Positions 23,931 to 37,775 are shown, counted from the stretch's first letter. The stretch is DNA of 64,000 nucleotides from Octopus bimaculoides (GCF_001194135.2 NC_068986.1:76375186-76439185), one strand, 5' to 3'. Notes: generated by a model from the sequence alone, not told the origin. Numbers and translations: made by a program.

Positions 23931-26900
23931 AAATATTAGTTTATGGATCTTTATATATTCAAACACTGTTGCTGTAATTTGTCCAATTCCGATCTAATCT
24001 CAGGCTTTCCTATTTCTTTTATTTTCTTCTGTGTTCTTTTTGAGTTATCTGAAAATTGATAGACTTTAAAGCAAGGGAGGGGTGGGGATCAAAGAGAAAT
24101 GTTTATTATCATTTAAATGGGTTTGCTTATTTAAAACCTAAACAGCCAAAAGAAGACAGCAGACAAATACTATGTGACTCTGGTGTAGACCAGTTGCCAC
24201 TCAACGCACACTAATATGCTATACAGGGAACTACATGAAAAAGAAGAGATAGATCTATTTTCTAGTCTTATAATAATAATAATTTGTTTTTAAATAAATT
24301 TGTTAGGTTTGTCTTTAACAGAAATAGTTACATTTCAACACATCCAAAGAAGCTGTGTGAGATATAATCTTAACATATTGTTGATGGAATTTTTGTTGTT
24401 TTAAATTGATTTTCATTGTCAGTGATAGCATGTTGCCTTCATTTTTTATTGGCAATCTTCTCTTTCCTTGCTATATCTCAGGCATATTGCCTAAGTATCA
24501 TTATTATTTTTATTGTAATTATTATTGTTAGGGGTTAAAGTAAATGGATCCTCTGTGGTGTACTGGGCAGAAACAGAGCACCACACTAAATGGCTTACAT
24601 TATTTATTCTAATTCTCTATCTTCAATTTCAAATCTTGCCAGGGTCTATTGTTACCTGTGATCCTTCTGGAATTAACAGAATAATTACCATTCAAATATT
24701 GGGTAGATTTCACTTTTCCTCCCTCCAAAATTGTGGCCTTCTGCTAAAGTTGAAATAATTATCTTATATGACAATAGGCCCCTTACTCCCGATTCTTTTG
24801 TTCATTAATGCTACAGGCATTGTAATGTGTCCTTGATATAGAAACTTCTCTCCTATCCTTTATCATAGGTTAAAAAAAAAACAAAAAAACTTTGAAATCA
24901 AGAATTAATGTTTGTTCATCAATTTGTCTCAGATACTCAAATGTATTTTTGTTTCAGCTCTAAAATTCCATTCATGTTTAAGAAATCCTTAGTAACATTA
25001 AGCAGATGGCCATAGATGCCCTATGCTATGTAATCTGGTGCTTCACTGTTCTGTATTCAAATTCCATGTGGATTTCATCTTGCATTTCACCCATCTGGAA
25101 ATCAATAAAAACATTAACCTCTATGAACTCTCCAGTTATAAGCAAGATCACTTGTTCTACGATATCAAACCTATTACCTCACCATTCTATGTAATGGTAC
25201 GACTTTAACCAGAAGGAAGTACAATCAGTAAACACAGTATTATAACACAGCATATTCAGATAAGTAAATAACTTAGTACTAAACCATACTTTTCAATTTT
25301 CCTGCATCCTATTTTCATCACTCTCTTTATACAGTTTGAATAAAAAGATGTTCATCCATTTTCATCAATATTAAGTTGTAAAAACTTCATAGTTGTGGAT
25401 TGAGCTCTTGTTAATGGCTGTAGAAAATTCCAAGTCATTTATAGAAAATATATTTGGGTTTATTTAGTATGTGAGCAATTTTGAAAAATTACATCTTAGC
25501 CTTGTTAAATGGTGAATATTATTTTGATTTAAAAATCCCTGTCTCTATCATCTGTTGATCAAAGTAATTAGTGTGTGCATTCATTAAATTTTTCAACTGC
25601 TAGATTATTGAAAAATGTTTTCAATTGAGTCTGAGTTAATTGTTTCTAGATAACTTAGATAAATTTTATGTTTAAAATATTACTGTTTAGAACCTTTACT
25701 TAAAAAGATGCAACTTTTATGATTTTGAAAACTTTTTTTATATTTTTAATTAATACTGCTTTGTAATTGCTTCTTAAAGAAAGTTGATCAGTGACTTAGT
25801 GCCTAAAGTATAGTCACAAATTCCTAGTTCTTTTTATCACTAACTTTTATGTACAGTTTGTGTGAGCCTCAAAAATGTCTACCTCTATGTGTATGTGAGA
25901 GAGAGAGAGAGAGAGAGAGAGAAACAGACAGAGTGTGTGTGTGTGTGTCTTACATTTTTTTTTTTTTCTAATCCCCAAAGTATCTCCAACTTGTGGCCTG
26001 CAGACAATATATGCGTGTGGAGGTATATTTATGCTGTCCTTAAAATATTTATAATTGCAATAACATTGACATGTTGTTGCCTACATTTATACTCTATTCG
26101 GAGTATGTCTGCGATGTTAAACTTGGGTACCTTAGATGCTTTCAAAAGTACTCAGCATTTATTATTATTATTCTTTATTCCATATTTTAAATGTCCATTG
26201 AATTTTTTTCTTCTTCCTCATTTCATCAGTTTACTTACTTGTAAAATTCACTCAGAATTTGCATTTTTTAAAAGTAAGTTTATTAAATTCTGTATTGCTG
26301 TATGTTTGGCTATAACCCTCCTTTTAAACATTACCTAATTCTGAAAACACACACACACACACATATATATACAACCTGCTGTTGTAACAGAGTATTGATT
26401 CCAATAGGTTAAATAATGCTGTGAAAATTGAAACTTCTTGAGATATTTAATTTATTTAGTTATTGCAGTCTCTCGGAGGTGAAAGAAGCTGTTTTATTAT
26501 TGCTTTTTGGGCAGGGGGTAGGGCTTGTCTCATTTGTTGAAATAGAGGTTTGCAAATCAAGCCCCTAATTAAAAGGTGTAACAAAAGGTGTAATGCCAAA
26601 ATGCCTTTTTATCTATAACTGCCAAGTATTTTCTATTCAGAAGCTTGCTCGAATTAACTAGAGTTAATTTTTTATTCGCTTTCTATGAAAATTTGCTGTG
26701 CTATTGTATGTTGAAGCACTATCTTCTCTGACTCTTGCATACAGACACTTCAAGAATCCAATACTATGCCCCCCAGCCTTTAAATGTCATATAAGCCCAT
26801 ACTGTCCCTTCTGGTGAGTCTGTTGAACTGCCATTATCTCAAAGCACTAATTTACCAAACTGCCATGTTTTTATTTATTTAATATTTTGAGTTTTTTGGG

Positions 26901-27665
26901 GTCTTTTTTTTTCTTTAATGCCAAAATATAATTCCTTCCATAAATGTTTTTTTTTTCTTTTTGAAGCAAAAATTCTAACATGGCTATGATCTCTGTACTT
27001 ATGAAGAATTATTCATGCACACACACACACATGCACAAACAAACATACTCTTACATACACACATACACATGTGCATGTGTACAATGAAGTTGCTTGCATA
27101 TAAAGAAGGCAATTTGATAAATTGCCAACCTCAGTTAGAATTATTTACAATCAGAAGTTGATTGGAATTATATGCTAATTTCGTGTAATGCCATAAACAT
27201 GACAAAGATTTTTAAAAAATGGGTTTGCTTTTAAAACCCTTTTTAAAACTTGCTTCACAGATGATGATTGTTTCCATAGTTACTGTGTCATCACAGTAAT
27301 AGGTTAGTTTCTACAAACAATGGCATCATTATATAAGATAGGCATTTACTAACTTGATTCCTTACTAAAGAGCTGGTCTCTTTTATAATAATAATGATGA
27401 TGACGACTATCTACCAAGTTTTATTCCTTTCTACTCTTGTGCTATTGAACTATGAAATGATAATAGTGTGATTTTGATGAGTTAATTACTATAGGTTTAC
27501 ATTAATTAGCTTTTGATTTCTATTGATTGATTCCAGCTAGACTCAGACAATTCTTTGATATTTCTATCACACATTTCCCCCCCCCCCTTTATGAATTTAT
27601 ATATTTTTTTTTTAATTTGTGATTTGATTAAAAAAGTAATAAAAAAAATGTAATGTTTTCTTTTT
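20822..27665 (+). other. Probable long SMG6 3' UTR
   Basis: No recognisable SINE between the stop codon and ~27835, versus roughly one per kb elsewhere. U-rich, with several AATAAA; the last (27638-27643) is followed by a U-rich tract. The true end is not provable from DNA alone. Confidence 0.5.
23881..23928. repeat. (CA)n microsatellite
   Basis: Direct reading of the sequence. Confidence 0.95.
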
Positions 27666-29154
27666 CCTTTTCATTGTTTTTTTTTTTTATTAATATTTAA
27701 TTTCATTGTTTGTTGGAGAAAAATATATGAACTGCTGAGTTGGATATAATATCAAGGGAATGTTTGTATATCAGCAGCCCCTGAAGTAGAATTAAACACT
27801 GATTAAATGGCTCCTTGAATTTCAGAAAAGCACTAATCTGACATATCATCATTTAATGTCCACTTTTCCATGTTTGCTTGGGCTGAATGAAATTTGTTGA
27901 GGCAGATTTTCTATAGCTTCTTGTCTCTTCTTGTCAGCAACCCTCACCTGTTTCCAAGTGAAGTAATATTCCCCACAACCAAACATGTTAACACAGAAGA
28001 TTGGGAATGAAGGACCCCTTTGCATGACAGTGACATTTGTTTACAACTATTACATGAAACCAAGGCAGGGAAACAGTAACACACACACACATGTACATAC
28101 ACATGATATGTACATATATGCAGTGAGCTTCTTTTAGTTTTCATCTACCAAATCCACTCACAGGGCCCAGGGCTATAGTAGAAAACACTTGCCCAAGTTG
28201 CCACACAATGGGACTGAACTTGAGACCATGTGGTTGGCAAGCAATTCTTATATCACACAGATACGCTAGGCCTATATATTTATGTAATTAGAATATAGAG
28301 CATTGTTTAAGATATTTTGGTTGAATAAATAACCGGAATGTCTGTTAATTGCTTTTCACACTGTTTTATATTCTCTAATTATACATCTTGTTAGCTGAGG
28401 AATTGTAATACCCCCTTGTACCTTAATATATCCTGACATCTCATCACCACCACCATCTCTCCTTTTCCAGCTGGGGTAGCTATGAATCTCCTCTTCAGCA
28501 AAACACCTGTCCCTATCCCTAAATCATACTCTTGCCTCTCAACACCTGGTATAAGCCACCTCCCTCAATATTACACCCACCTCAGTCAAGGGTCTTGTTT
28601 TGAGAACAACTTAGTGACCTCACTACTGCCAGTGACATGAAAAAGTACCCAGTTTACTCTGCTAAGTGGTTTGGTTATAGGAAGGGCATCCCCAGCAGAT
28701 CCCATCTGACCTATGCAAGCATGAAAAAGTGGATGTTAAAACGATGATGATGATAGATTTTTAGCTCCTCATCCAATGTTTCTCCATATGTGAAGATGAA
28801 GAAATGAATTCTATGATTTGTCCCTCATGATCCTTCTCACCATGCAATATAGCTGATTAAAAAAAGTGGTGGTGGGGAGAAGAATCAGCCCCAGTACTTG
28901 GCTGGTACTTAATTTATCAAATCTGAAAGAATGAAAGGCAAAGTCAACGTCAGTGGGATTTGAACTCAGAATACAGAGTGTCACATCAATACTGCAAGTC
29001 ATTCTTACTGATGTTCTTTTAAGAATTCTGGTACTTAAGTGTTCAGCCTAGGAGCAATGGAATGCCTACAACAGGAATGTATTCACAACTAATGAAATGG
29101 CAATCTTAATACATTTATTTATTACACAGCAAAATTCAGAATAATGTTACCAAT

Positions 29155-29273
29155 ACAAAATTCAAGTTTTGTATTAGAAGTAGCTCAATAATCTAAGCAT
29201 TATCACATACTTCTGTATTTGATGATAACGTTTACATCACTGAGCTACTTCTAGCACAAAATTTGAATTTTGT
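29155..29273. repeat. Imperfect palindrome (MITE-like hairpin)
   Basis: Outer arms 29155-29187 and 29241-29273 match at 30/33. The inner region also pairs imperfectly around a TTCT loop. Confidence 0.75.
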
Positions 29274-29671
29274 TCTACTTAAGCAGCACTTTTTCACATC
29301 AACAAATAGATTTTATGCTATTTGTATATACTTTTAGGTAACTGTTGCAGACTCATTTCCGAAGTAGGCTGAGTACACAACACTGATGATGAGAAAAAAC
29401 TACCATATATTGTTCTCATTCATTTCTGGGGTGATTTTGTTTTGCCTAGCTTTGAAGTGTACTGAGTTTTTTGAATGTTATATGTCTTTAAAGGGACCTC
29501 CCTTAAACAAAACACTACAGCTACATGTATTTAACAACACATACAATAAGTATGTAATATTGATAATGCTACTAGTATTAACAATATTTATAGCTATTGT
29601 GGTAGTGCTTCATGTAGTATGTTTATTGGTGAGTGGTATCAAATATGAGTAATTTTCCACTGTCTATCTAC

Positions 29672-29996
29672 TTCGTGCCGGTGGCACATGAAAAGACATT
29701 CGAGCGAGATCATTGCCAGTGCCGCTGGACTGGCTCCTGTGCAGGTGGCACGTAGAATACGCCATTTCGAGCATGGCCATTGCCAGTACCGCCTGACTGG
29801 CCTTCGTGCCGGTGGCACATAAAAGCACCCACTACACTCTCGGAGTGGTTGGCGTTAGGAAGGGCATCCAGCTGTAGAAACTCTGCCAAATCAGATTGGA
29901 GCCTGATGTAGCCATCTGGTTCACCAGTCCTCAGTAAAATTGTCCAACCCATGCTAGCATGGAAAGCGGACGTTAAACGATGATGATGATGATGAG
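29672..29996 (+). mobile_element. Family-A SINE/RTE tail, well preserved
   Basis: Internal GTGCCGGTGGCAC subrepeats, GGAAGGGCATCCAGCTG and a (GAT)n tail; many CpGs retained. Confidence 0.8.
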
Positions 29997-32208
29997 TTTC
30001 TGTATAACTAATAGTATTTTTGTAGTATAACATAGTTCATTGTTGTAAGCAGCAGCACTATAAAACTGTTAAGTGGTTGCTTATCCTGTGATACAGTGTT
30101 CAAGTCTTTCAATAGTCTTGGAGAAAATAATGGGAAAATTTCTCTAATACATTCTTCACATGAAGACCGGGTCCTCCATCAACCCATTAGGGTTACAAAA
30201 CTAAGTATCACCCAATAATCCCAATTGAAGATTTCTACTAATATTTGCACTCATGGGTTTTGGATTGTGCAGTTAATATATTGAATCATTTAGCATTCAG
30301 AGTATTCTGTCAAATGTAATCCTTATTTATTCACATTATTTTGAATTAATCATCGCTTTGAGATTCCAGTGATGTGATTGCTTATTTTTAGAATGATATT
30401 GTAGGGTATGCACGTGAGGCTAGATATGGCCAGTTTGAACATAAAATGAATAAAACATTTGGGCCAGACATGGCTGGTTTAAATTCTAAAGGGTTCATAT
30501 GTGTAATAGAACCATAATAATAGGGAAAAAAGCAATAGTTTTGAGATTCCATTGAGTAATACCTTGAAATTAGGTAACAGGAATTTGCTCCTGGTGGGGA
30601 ATTTTAATGGCTGCAACTGGGAACACCGTCATATACTGAAATGTTGTGCAAGGCTGAAGAAATTGCAAGTTTCCTGAATTTCTGTTTTGTTGCTAAAATG
30701 GTAGAATCGAGACTAATTTATTTTGGTCTGTTTCAAAAATAAAGAATAAACGGTTATGAATATATTCTAGCCTTGGAGAGGAAACTGCACCCATTATAAT
30801 TTACAAGTTAGGCTGATTTGGGTTGAAAACTATGACAGTAGGAGAAAGAAAGAGGATGTCTTGATGGCAAATACTAAAGTATAATGATCCAGAGATAGCA
30901 TTAAAAAAATAGATGGATTATTGTGGTGGAAAAAGAAACTTGACCGAATTATGGTAGGTGTATCTTGCCTGGACCAAAAGTATCCAGGTTATTTAGCTAA
31001 GGGTAAAGAAGGAAGGTACACAGTTGTATCTTGCATAAAAAGAAACAGATAGGTATAACAATGCTCTTGTGGATATGAAAACACAAAAGTGTGAAGATGA
31101 ACAAGATCATTGGCAATAAGTGTGTCTTTAATGATCCCTATATAATAATAGCTGATATAAACGTTGGTTGATTCTTCAGTCATGTTTTACATTGTATAGA
31201 GAGAGTTAACATAAAGGGTGCAGGATGAGTGCACATACTAGGCTTTGTGGCAGACAATGAGTAAAATGCTACTCTCACACCCACTGAGAGAGAAAAAAAT
31301 CATAGAGATAGAGAAAGAGGAGGAGATATACAAACAAGAAATTTCATTTAAGATAATAAATATTTTACTGTTGAAAATTAGTTTTTATTTCATTATTTTT
31401 TTATAAGCACCAATAAATTTAATAAAAGTTACATTATACTTTATGTATATCATATTTCTGATATTACTCATGGTGGCAAAAGCATATTTACTATCATATG
31501 ACTGGTAACACTCTAGTATTGTATAATGCTAGGTGGAAGTGTTGGACAAAGATATTCAATGATGTCTAGAGAATATTATCCAGTTTCAGCTATATGATGG
31601 AACTCAGTAGCAGATACCTCATAGGAGACATTATATGAAGTAATTAAGGTTTTTATATCAAATCAAGTAAGATGTCTTGGAATCTGGAATTGTTATTTGT
31701 GGGTCTAGGAAACATTTTGAAAGGCCGAAAATAGTTTTAGCACAATTGGCAAAAACATTATGACGGGATTGTAACAAAAACATTTGTGTTGTGACTGCCA
31801 TCAATAAACACGAAGACAGGGAAAGCTGCAAGAGCTTGTTATTGCAATACAAATAAATACACAACACTGAAATGGTACAAGGATGTGTTATTTGAAAGTT
31901 GTTAATTAGGTGAATAGAGTAAGGAAATTATAGGCATCTCAAATTAATGAAGATACAGAATACAGTTAATTAGATGTGATTGAAATATATAGTAGGTCAT
32001 GGTACTATAAATAAGTAGATTTCTGATAAGACAACTTCTAAAAGTAATATTTAACAAGCCTAAATGACTCCAGCTTACTGTTACTGAAGGACTTTTGATA
32101 GGAATCCATTTTTTTTTTCATGTGGTTCATAGTGAATTGAAGCTATTTATATTAAATGACTAAAATCAGATTTAGGATAAAAAGCAAAAGCACTTCAAAT
32201 TAGGTTCA

Positions 32209-32622
32209 TGCTTTTTACATGCCACTGGCTCCCGTGCCAGTGGCATGTAAAAAGCACTATCCGAATGTGGCTGATGCCAGTACCCCTTGACTGGCCCCAT
32301 GCCGGTGGTATGTAAAAAGTACAATCCAAACGTGGCTGATGCCAGTACCCCCTGACTGGCTCCCGTGCCAGTGGCATGTAAAAAGCACTATTCAAACATG
32401 ATCGATGCCAGGCCCACTAGACTGGCTCCTGTGCTGGTGGCACATAAAAAACACCCACTACACTCTTGGAATGGTTGGTCTTAGGAAGGTCATCCAGCTG
32501 TAGAAATATTGCCATATCAGATTGGATCCTGGTGCAGCCACTGGTTCTCCAGACCTCAGTGAAACCGTCCAATCCATGCCAGCATGGAAAATGGATGTTA
32601 AACGATGATGATGATGATGATG
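32209..32622 (+). mobile_element. 5'-truncated family-A element with a fold-back 5' junction
   Basis: ~65-70 bp internal subrepeats and a (GAT)n tail; perfect 21-bp inverted repeat at the 5' end. Confidence 0.8.
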
Positions 32623-33047
32623 ATATATATATATATACATACACATGCACATAACATTATTGATCCCTTAGCTTTTAACACCAATCACCGACCATACTTA
32701 TTATTAATAGTAAATAATAGCATATTTTCATTAAATAGCTCAATAGTTTATGTCAATAAAAAATTTCTGGTAGCTTTTGTTTCCTATATGTTAATTTTTT
32801 TCTCTCCTCTATCCCTTACCTTTTAAATGATTGCAATGCATGAGCTATAAAGTTTGATCTTATTAAAGAACACACTAATACGTGTCTGTACCACTTTATT
32901 CCCTTCTACCACCCACCCTTTTCTACTACTGCTTCTATGAAGGATGTACATGTCTCCTTCCCCTCACAACTCATTACCAGCTCTCACTAGTGTATAAGTA
33001 TGATGTAGTGTGCACTTGATTACATATGTTTAAGTATAAGGGCACAA

Positions 33048-33097
<50 letters not shown>

Positions 33098-33479
33098 TTG
33101 GTAAATATGTGTATTTTATGTCAAATGTGTGCATATGTGAGTGTGTGTATATGCTCACATGTATATAAAATATAGGTTGAGTGCTTAAGTTCACACATAC
33201 ACTCAATGTTACCAGAAGCCACTTGTGCCCAGCTAGAAGCATTCACTTTTTCGTTGCCTCTTTCTGCTTCTCTCTTCATCTTTGCAGGTGTTTATCCTTA
33301 AATATTTAGTGGGATTGATGGAATTTATAGTTCATGTTGAGTAATAAGTACTTGTTTCATTGAATATGTGCAAGGACCTACTGCCTGTTTGCAATTGTTT
33401 TAAAAAATCATCTTTTCTCTAGATGCTGAAAAGAGTTATCCAACAATACTCCCACTCTTCCCGTCAAGTCTACAACCTC

Positions 33480-34500
33480 AGAACTGCTACAATGATAGGT
33501 AGGTCTACTAAGATTGTTGAAATGCAACAATAGAGACATGTAGATGTGTCCTATGTGCAAGGGGTAAGGTGGAGGGGAGCCTCAGTCAGACTCTTCATGG
33601 GCCAGGAACAAAGTAAAATATTTTTGTAATGGTAACAGTAATGGTATGGGTTATATATGCATACTCCTGACAGAGAAATGGGCAAATAAAGTCATTGAAG
33701 TAGTCAGAGTATTTGATAGTATTATCCAAAGCTAATCTTTGATAAGGCAACACAAACATTTTTCTCTGCATATGGTCCACAAGCTGGACTAGCAGATGAA
33801 CAGAAGGACTGTGTTCTATGAGGCCCTTTTGCAGGTTAGCTCAATGACAAATAACAATGGCCTTATTATCATTGCTTGTGAATTCAAAGTCATGTTGGGA
33901 AGCACTTCAATGGTGTACATAGAGGTTCTAGAACTGAGGAAAGAAGAAGGCTGCTGGAGTTCTGTGATGCAGATGATTTGTTGATCTGCAATACTGATTT
34001 CACCTGATCACCTATTATTCTGGTAATTTCACAGCCATATTGACTACATTCTCACTAGAAATAGGGACAGATAGATGCTTGTGAATGCAAATTCATTCCC
34101 TGGTGAAGCAAGTACAACCCAACATAAGTTAGTGGTTCAGATTTCAGGCTAGAAGGACTCAGAGACATAAGCCAGTTTGGGAAAGGAAGATACAAAAGAT
34201 TAAAGATCCATTGAATGGTTAGAAATTTAGAAAAGTAGTAATTGAAACATTTGATGAAAAAGAAGAGGAGATAAAGACATATAGCATAAAAGGCAACTGG
34301 AATTTCTTATGAGACAACCTGCTGAGGGCTACAGACCAAATCTGTGACTGGTGCAAAGTCCCAGCCAGATTGAGGGTGATGTGGTGGTAGAATAGTGACA
34401 TAGACAGCCATAACAATGAAAATTAGGATTGAAAAGACCAGAAAAATGGGAGCAGAAGAGAATTGTATCAGGAAGCTTGGTACAATGGTGCAACTCAACC
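33480..34500 (+). mobile_element. Degraded RTE-clade LINE, endonuclease region
   Basis: Interrupted translation GRSTKIVEM...RHVDV...VRWRGAS resembles the N-terminus of RTE AP endonucleases (GRSxEIVEMLxRRxVDICCxQExRWRG); many stops and frameshifts. Confidence 0.55.
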
Positions 34501-35389
34501 AAATGTAGAAGACACCATGCCCAAGGTGTCATACAGTAAGGTTAAACATGGAACCATGTGGATTCAATGCTAACTTCCTAAAAACAAAACTATGTATATG
34601 TTTACTTTTGGCTTATCAGATTTTTTAAGTTGGCCTTCTTAAACCCAACTAGATATACTCAAAAACTCTAAATGGCATTCAAAACTACTGACAGGTTAAA
34701 AACTGTGAACTTTGGTTTTTCCGTGTCATTGTTATAAAAATATTTATTTTACTTTAATCAAAACTCTTAGGTATCAAATAGGCCAAATTGATAGAGCATC
34801 CAACAAACTTCCTTGTGCTATTTGTTTTGGCTCTTTGCATTTTGAGTTTGAGATCAACATTGCCTTTATCCTTCTAGGTTTGATAAATCAAAGTACTGGT
34901 TCAGGTAGAATTGTTAAAGAGTTGGACAAAATATTTAGTGGGACTAGTACAGGAAAAGAAAAAAAGCAGAGAACAACATTGGAGGTAGGGTGAGAGTAGA
35001 AAATTATGACTGGAAATGATTGTTTCTAATTTGGGCACAAGGCCAGTAATTTTAGTAGGAGGGATTTAGTTGATTAAATCAACTCTAGTACTTGCTTGGT
35101 ACTTCATTTTATTAACTCCCACAAGACTGAAAGACAAAAGTGAGCTCAGAAGGAATTGAACCCAGAAAGTAAAGACTTAGAAGAAACACAGATATTTTGT
35201 CTGATGTTCTGAGTCTGCCAGCTTGCTGCTTTATTAAACTAGAAATAATGAACGAAAGATTCCTTTTAACACTACCATTACCAGTCAACTGTATTTGACT
35301 GACAAAAGTCACAGGCCATGACCTCCACCCACCTCTGATTAATCCATTAAAGAAAAATTATCATTGTCATCATCATTATTACAATCATA

Positions 35390-36324
35390 TAAGATGCATT
35401 CCAAAAGTTTGGAAGCTTTTTGGGGAGAAGCAGTTATAACTGTCCTAGATTATGGTAATTTTAATACATCATTACTAGACATCTAATAAACTGACCTGCC
35501 AACTTTTGTTATTTCAGGTAGAAGGAGATGGCTGTAACCACACTTTAAATACATCTTGCTAAACAGTGTTTGTCACAGCTGACTAGTTTGTAGAATGCAG
35601 TTGAGATGTGATGACCATTTGGAAGCTTGTTGTGCAATAAAATTTTTGTGTTAATCTGGGCAAAAATGCTTTAGAAGCTTATGAAATTCTCCAGACTGAA
35701 TTTGAACTAAACTGCATGAGTCATTTTCTGCTGGCACAAGAAACCAGATAAAGCAAATCCCCTGGGAAGCTTATGATGATCCCTTTTTTCGACAGCAAGG
35801 GTGTCATCTACATCCACTGGCCAGATGGTCAACAAAGAGAAGTTTGTGGAGGAAGTGGTTTTGCAGTAAAAGGCCAGAGCACCTGCACCAGTCCACAATT
35901 TCATCTTGGAGCCTGGTGTTGCCATCCGGTTTCACCAGTCCTCAGTCAAATCGTCCAACCCATGCTAGCATGGAAAGCGGACGTTAAACGATGATGATGA
36001 TGATGATGATGTAACCAACTACATGACAAAACTGTCCCTCGCCTTCCATACAGTCCAGACCCTGCTTCCTATAATTTTTGGTTGTTTCCCAAGCTGAGGG
36101 AGAACTTGAAGGTGAGTCATTTTGAAGACAGTGAGAAGATGAAGGATGCTGTGACAAGAGTCCTGGGTACCTTCCCTTTGAAGGATTTCCATGGAATTGG
36201 AGTGCTACAAAAAATGCATTGAAGTCAGAGCATCCTGCTTCGAAGGACATTAGAGTTTTGTACTTTTTTGAAATTAATAAATGTCTCTCGTGAAAAAGTC
36301 TCAAATCTTCTGGAATGCCACTTG
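35390..36324 (+). mobile_element. Internally deleted mariner relic with a nested family-A insertion (35875-36011)
   Basis: Degenerate TIRs TA|TAAGATGCATTCCAAAAG and CTTCTGGAATGCCACTTG|TA. Motifs MMIPFFDSKGVIYIHW, PYSPD and KKCIEV. Confidence 0.7.
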
Positions 36325-36833
36325 TAATTATTTTTGCTTTTAGTCATTGGGCTGTAACCATTCTGGGGTACCAACTTCTAAGGATTTAGTCCATCATGTC
36401 AACCCCAGTACTTCTTTGTAGACTAGTTTTAACTGAGTTTTGTACAAGAGTAGAAAGAAAAACGTACAAATGTTTTAATATCAAATGCAACATTTTACTT
36501 TCATTATATATAACAATCCAAGCCAGGGAACATTGAAATGGGATGCAGTATGGTCGATCTGAACTATTTTGGCAAATGAACTTATTGAATAAGTAATGAA
36601 TATCACTAGATGCTGAGTAGATGAACAGAGAACAAACTGTCAATGGCTAGGATCAACCAGTCCAGTTAGCAAACTATTGCTATCGTCTGTAGTCGTGGCA
36701 TATGCCGATGAGATATTTCAGCTAGTGAAAGACCAATGTGATTAAAACTCCAGCTATGCATTCATGCTGCATCATTTGACTGAGATATCAAGTATGGAAA
36801 AGTTGCATTGGTCCAGGCAAGCCACCCGACCAT

Positions 36834-36871
<38 letters not shown>

Positions 36872-37320
36872 TTTATGTCCTCAGAGAAAGGCACTACAGG
36901 TAAGTGAAGTACATGGTGAACTTGTAGAATAATTAAGAAGTAGGTCAAAATGCCTTGTGGTATTGATTGCTTTGGTTTTTTGTACTCTGAGTTCAAAACT
37001 ACCTGAAGCTAATTTTACTTAAGGGATGAATTGATAAAATTGTTAGAGTATCCAATGAAATACTTCCTAGTATTCGTCCTAGGTTTTTGTGTTTCAAGCT
37101 CTTTGATGGTAAATTTAATTCATTGCATGGTTTCATACCATCATTTGATCCTTGGCTTCTTTTATTGAAGTTTATTCTATCACAGTAATTTGGGCCAGGT
37201 TTCTGGTTTTAGGATAACTTCCTCCCTTCCACCCACAAGTACAGACAACAAAAAGAAAAGAAAAAGGATCATGGACACTGCCCTTTGCTCACCTTATCCT
37301 CAATGTGGGAAGTATTCCAG

Positions 37321-37775
37321 TGTAGTGGCGCCAAATTATAGCCACCATTGAGGAAGTACTATCTGCACATGCGCAAGGGACTTGCCTTTCTGGAAACCCC
37401 TCAAGTGCGCATGCGTAGTAAAACTAGTACTTAAAGAGTTTGTTTCACTTTCTAAGCCTCTTGAGCGCGATACCTTCGATGTGACAACACCTTGCTCCTC
37501 AACGAAGCACTCCTCACCACGATGCCATCGATGTGATAGCTACTTGCTCCTCTGGCATGCATCAAGGAAGCTCTTAACCTTCCAATACCAAATTACAACT
37601 TAATCAGCGGCTGCGAAGCTGAATGACACGGGATTTGTAAAACCAAGCATCATCGAAAAAAATAAAACTTATTTTTATTATGTTGTTAATTGTTCTACTG
37701 TTACTTCATACATAATTATGTTGAAAGGTGATAAAGAGAGACTAATGTCTCTATTGCAACTATCAACCTTTTACA
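37321..37775 (+). mobile_element. Solo LTR (Gypsy-like, 4-bp TSD)
   Basis: CCAG|TGTA...TACA|CCAG (TSD at 37317-37320 and 37776-37779); 455 bp; CpG-rich relative to the flanks; AATAAA at ~37662. Strand assigned from the poly(A) signal only. Confidence 0.75.

Noticed and set aside
25026-25094. Minus-strand candidate terminal exon MGEMQDEIHMEFEYRTVKHQIT* after a good acceptor
   Set aside because: No recognisable homology and no compatible upstream exons found between 25 and 42 kb; such acceptors are common in AT-rich DNA.
31658-31867. CpG-bearing ORF with a minus-strand acceptor at 31826
   Set aside because: No suitable donor and no recognisable protein motif in any frame.
32230-32460. Regularly spaced ~65-70 bp repeats superficially like a CRISPR array
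   Set aside because: The units are degenerate internal subrepeats of the family-A retroposon with related, not unique, intervening sequence; eukaryotic context and no cas genes.
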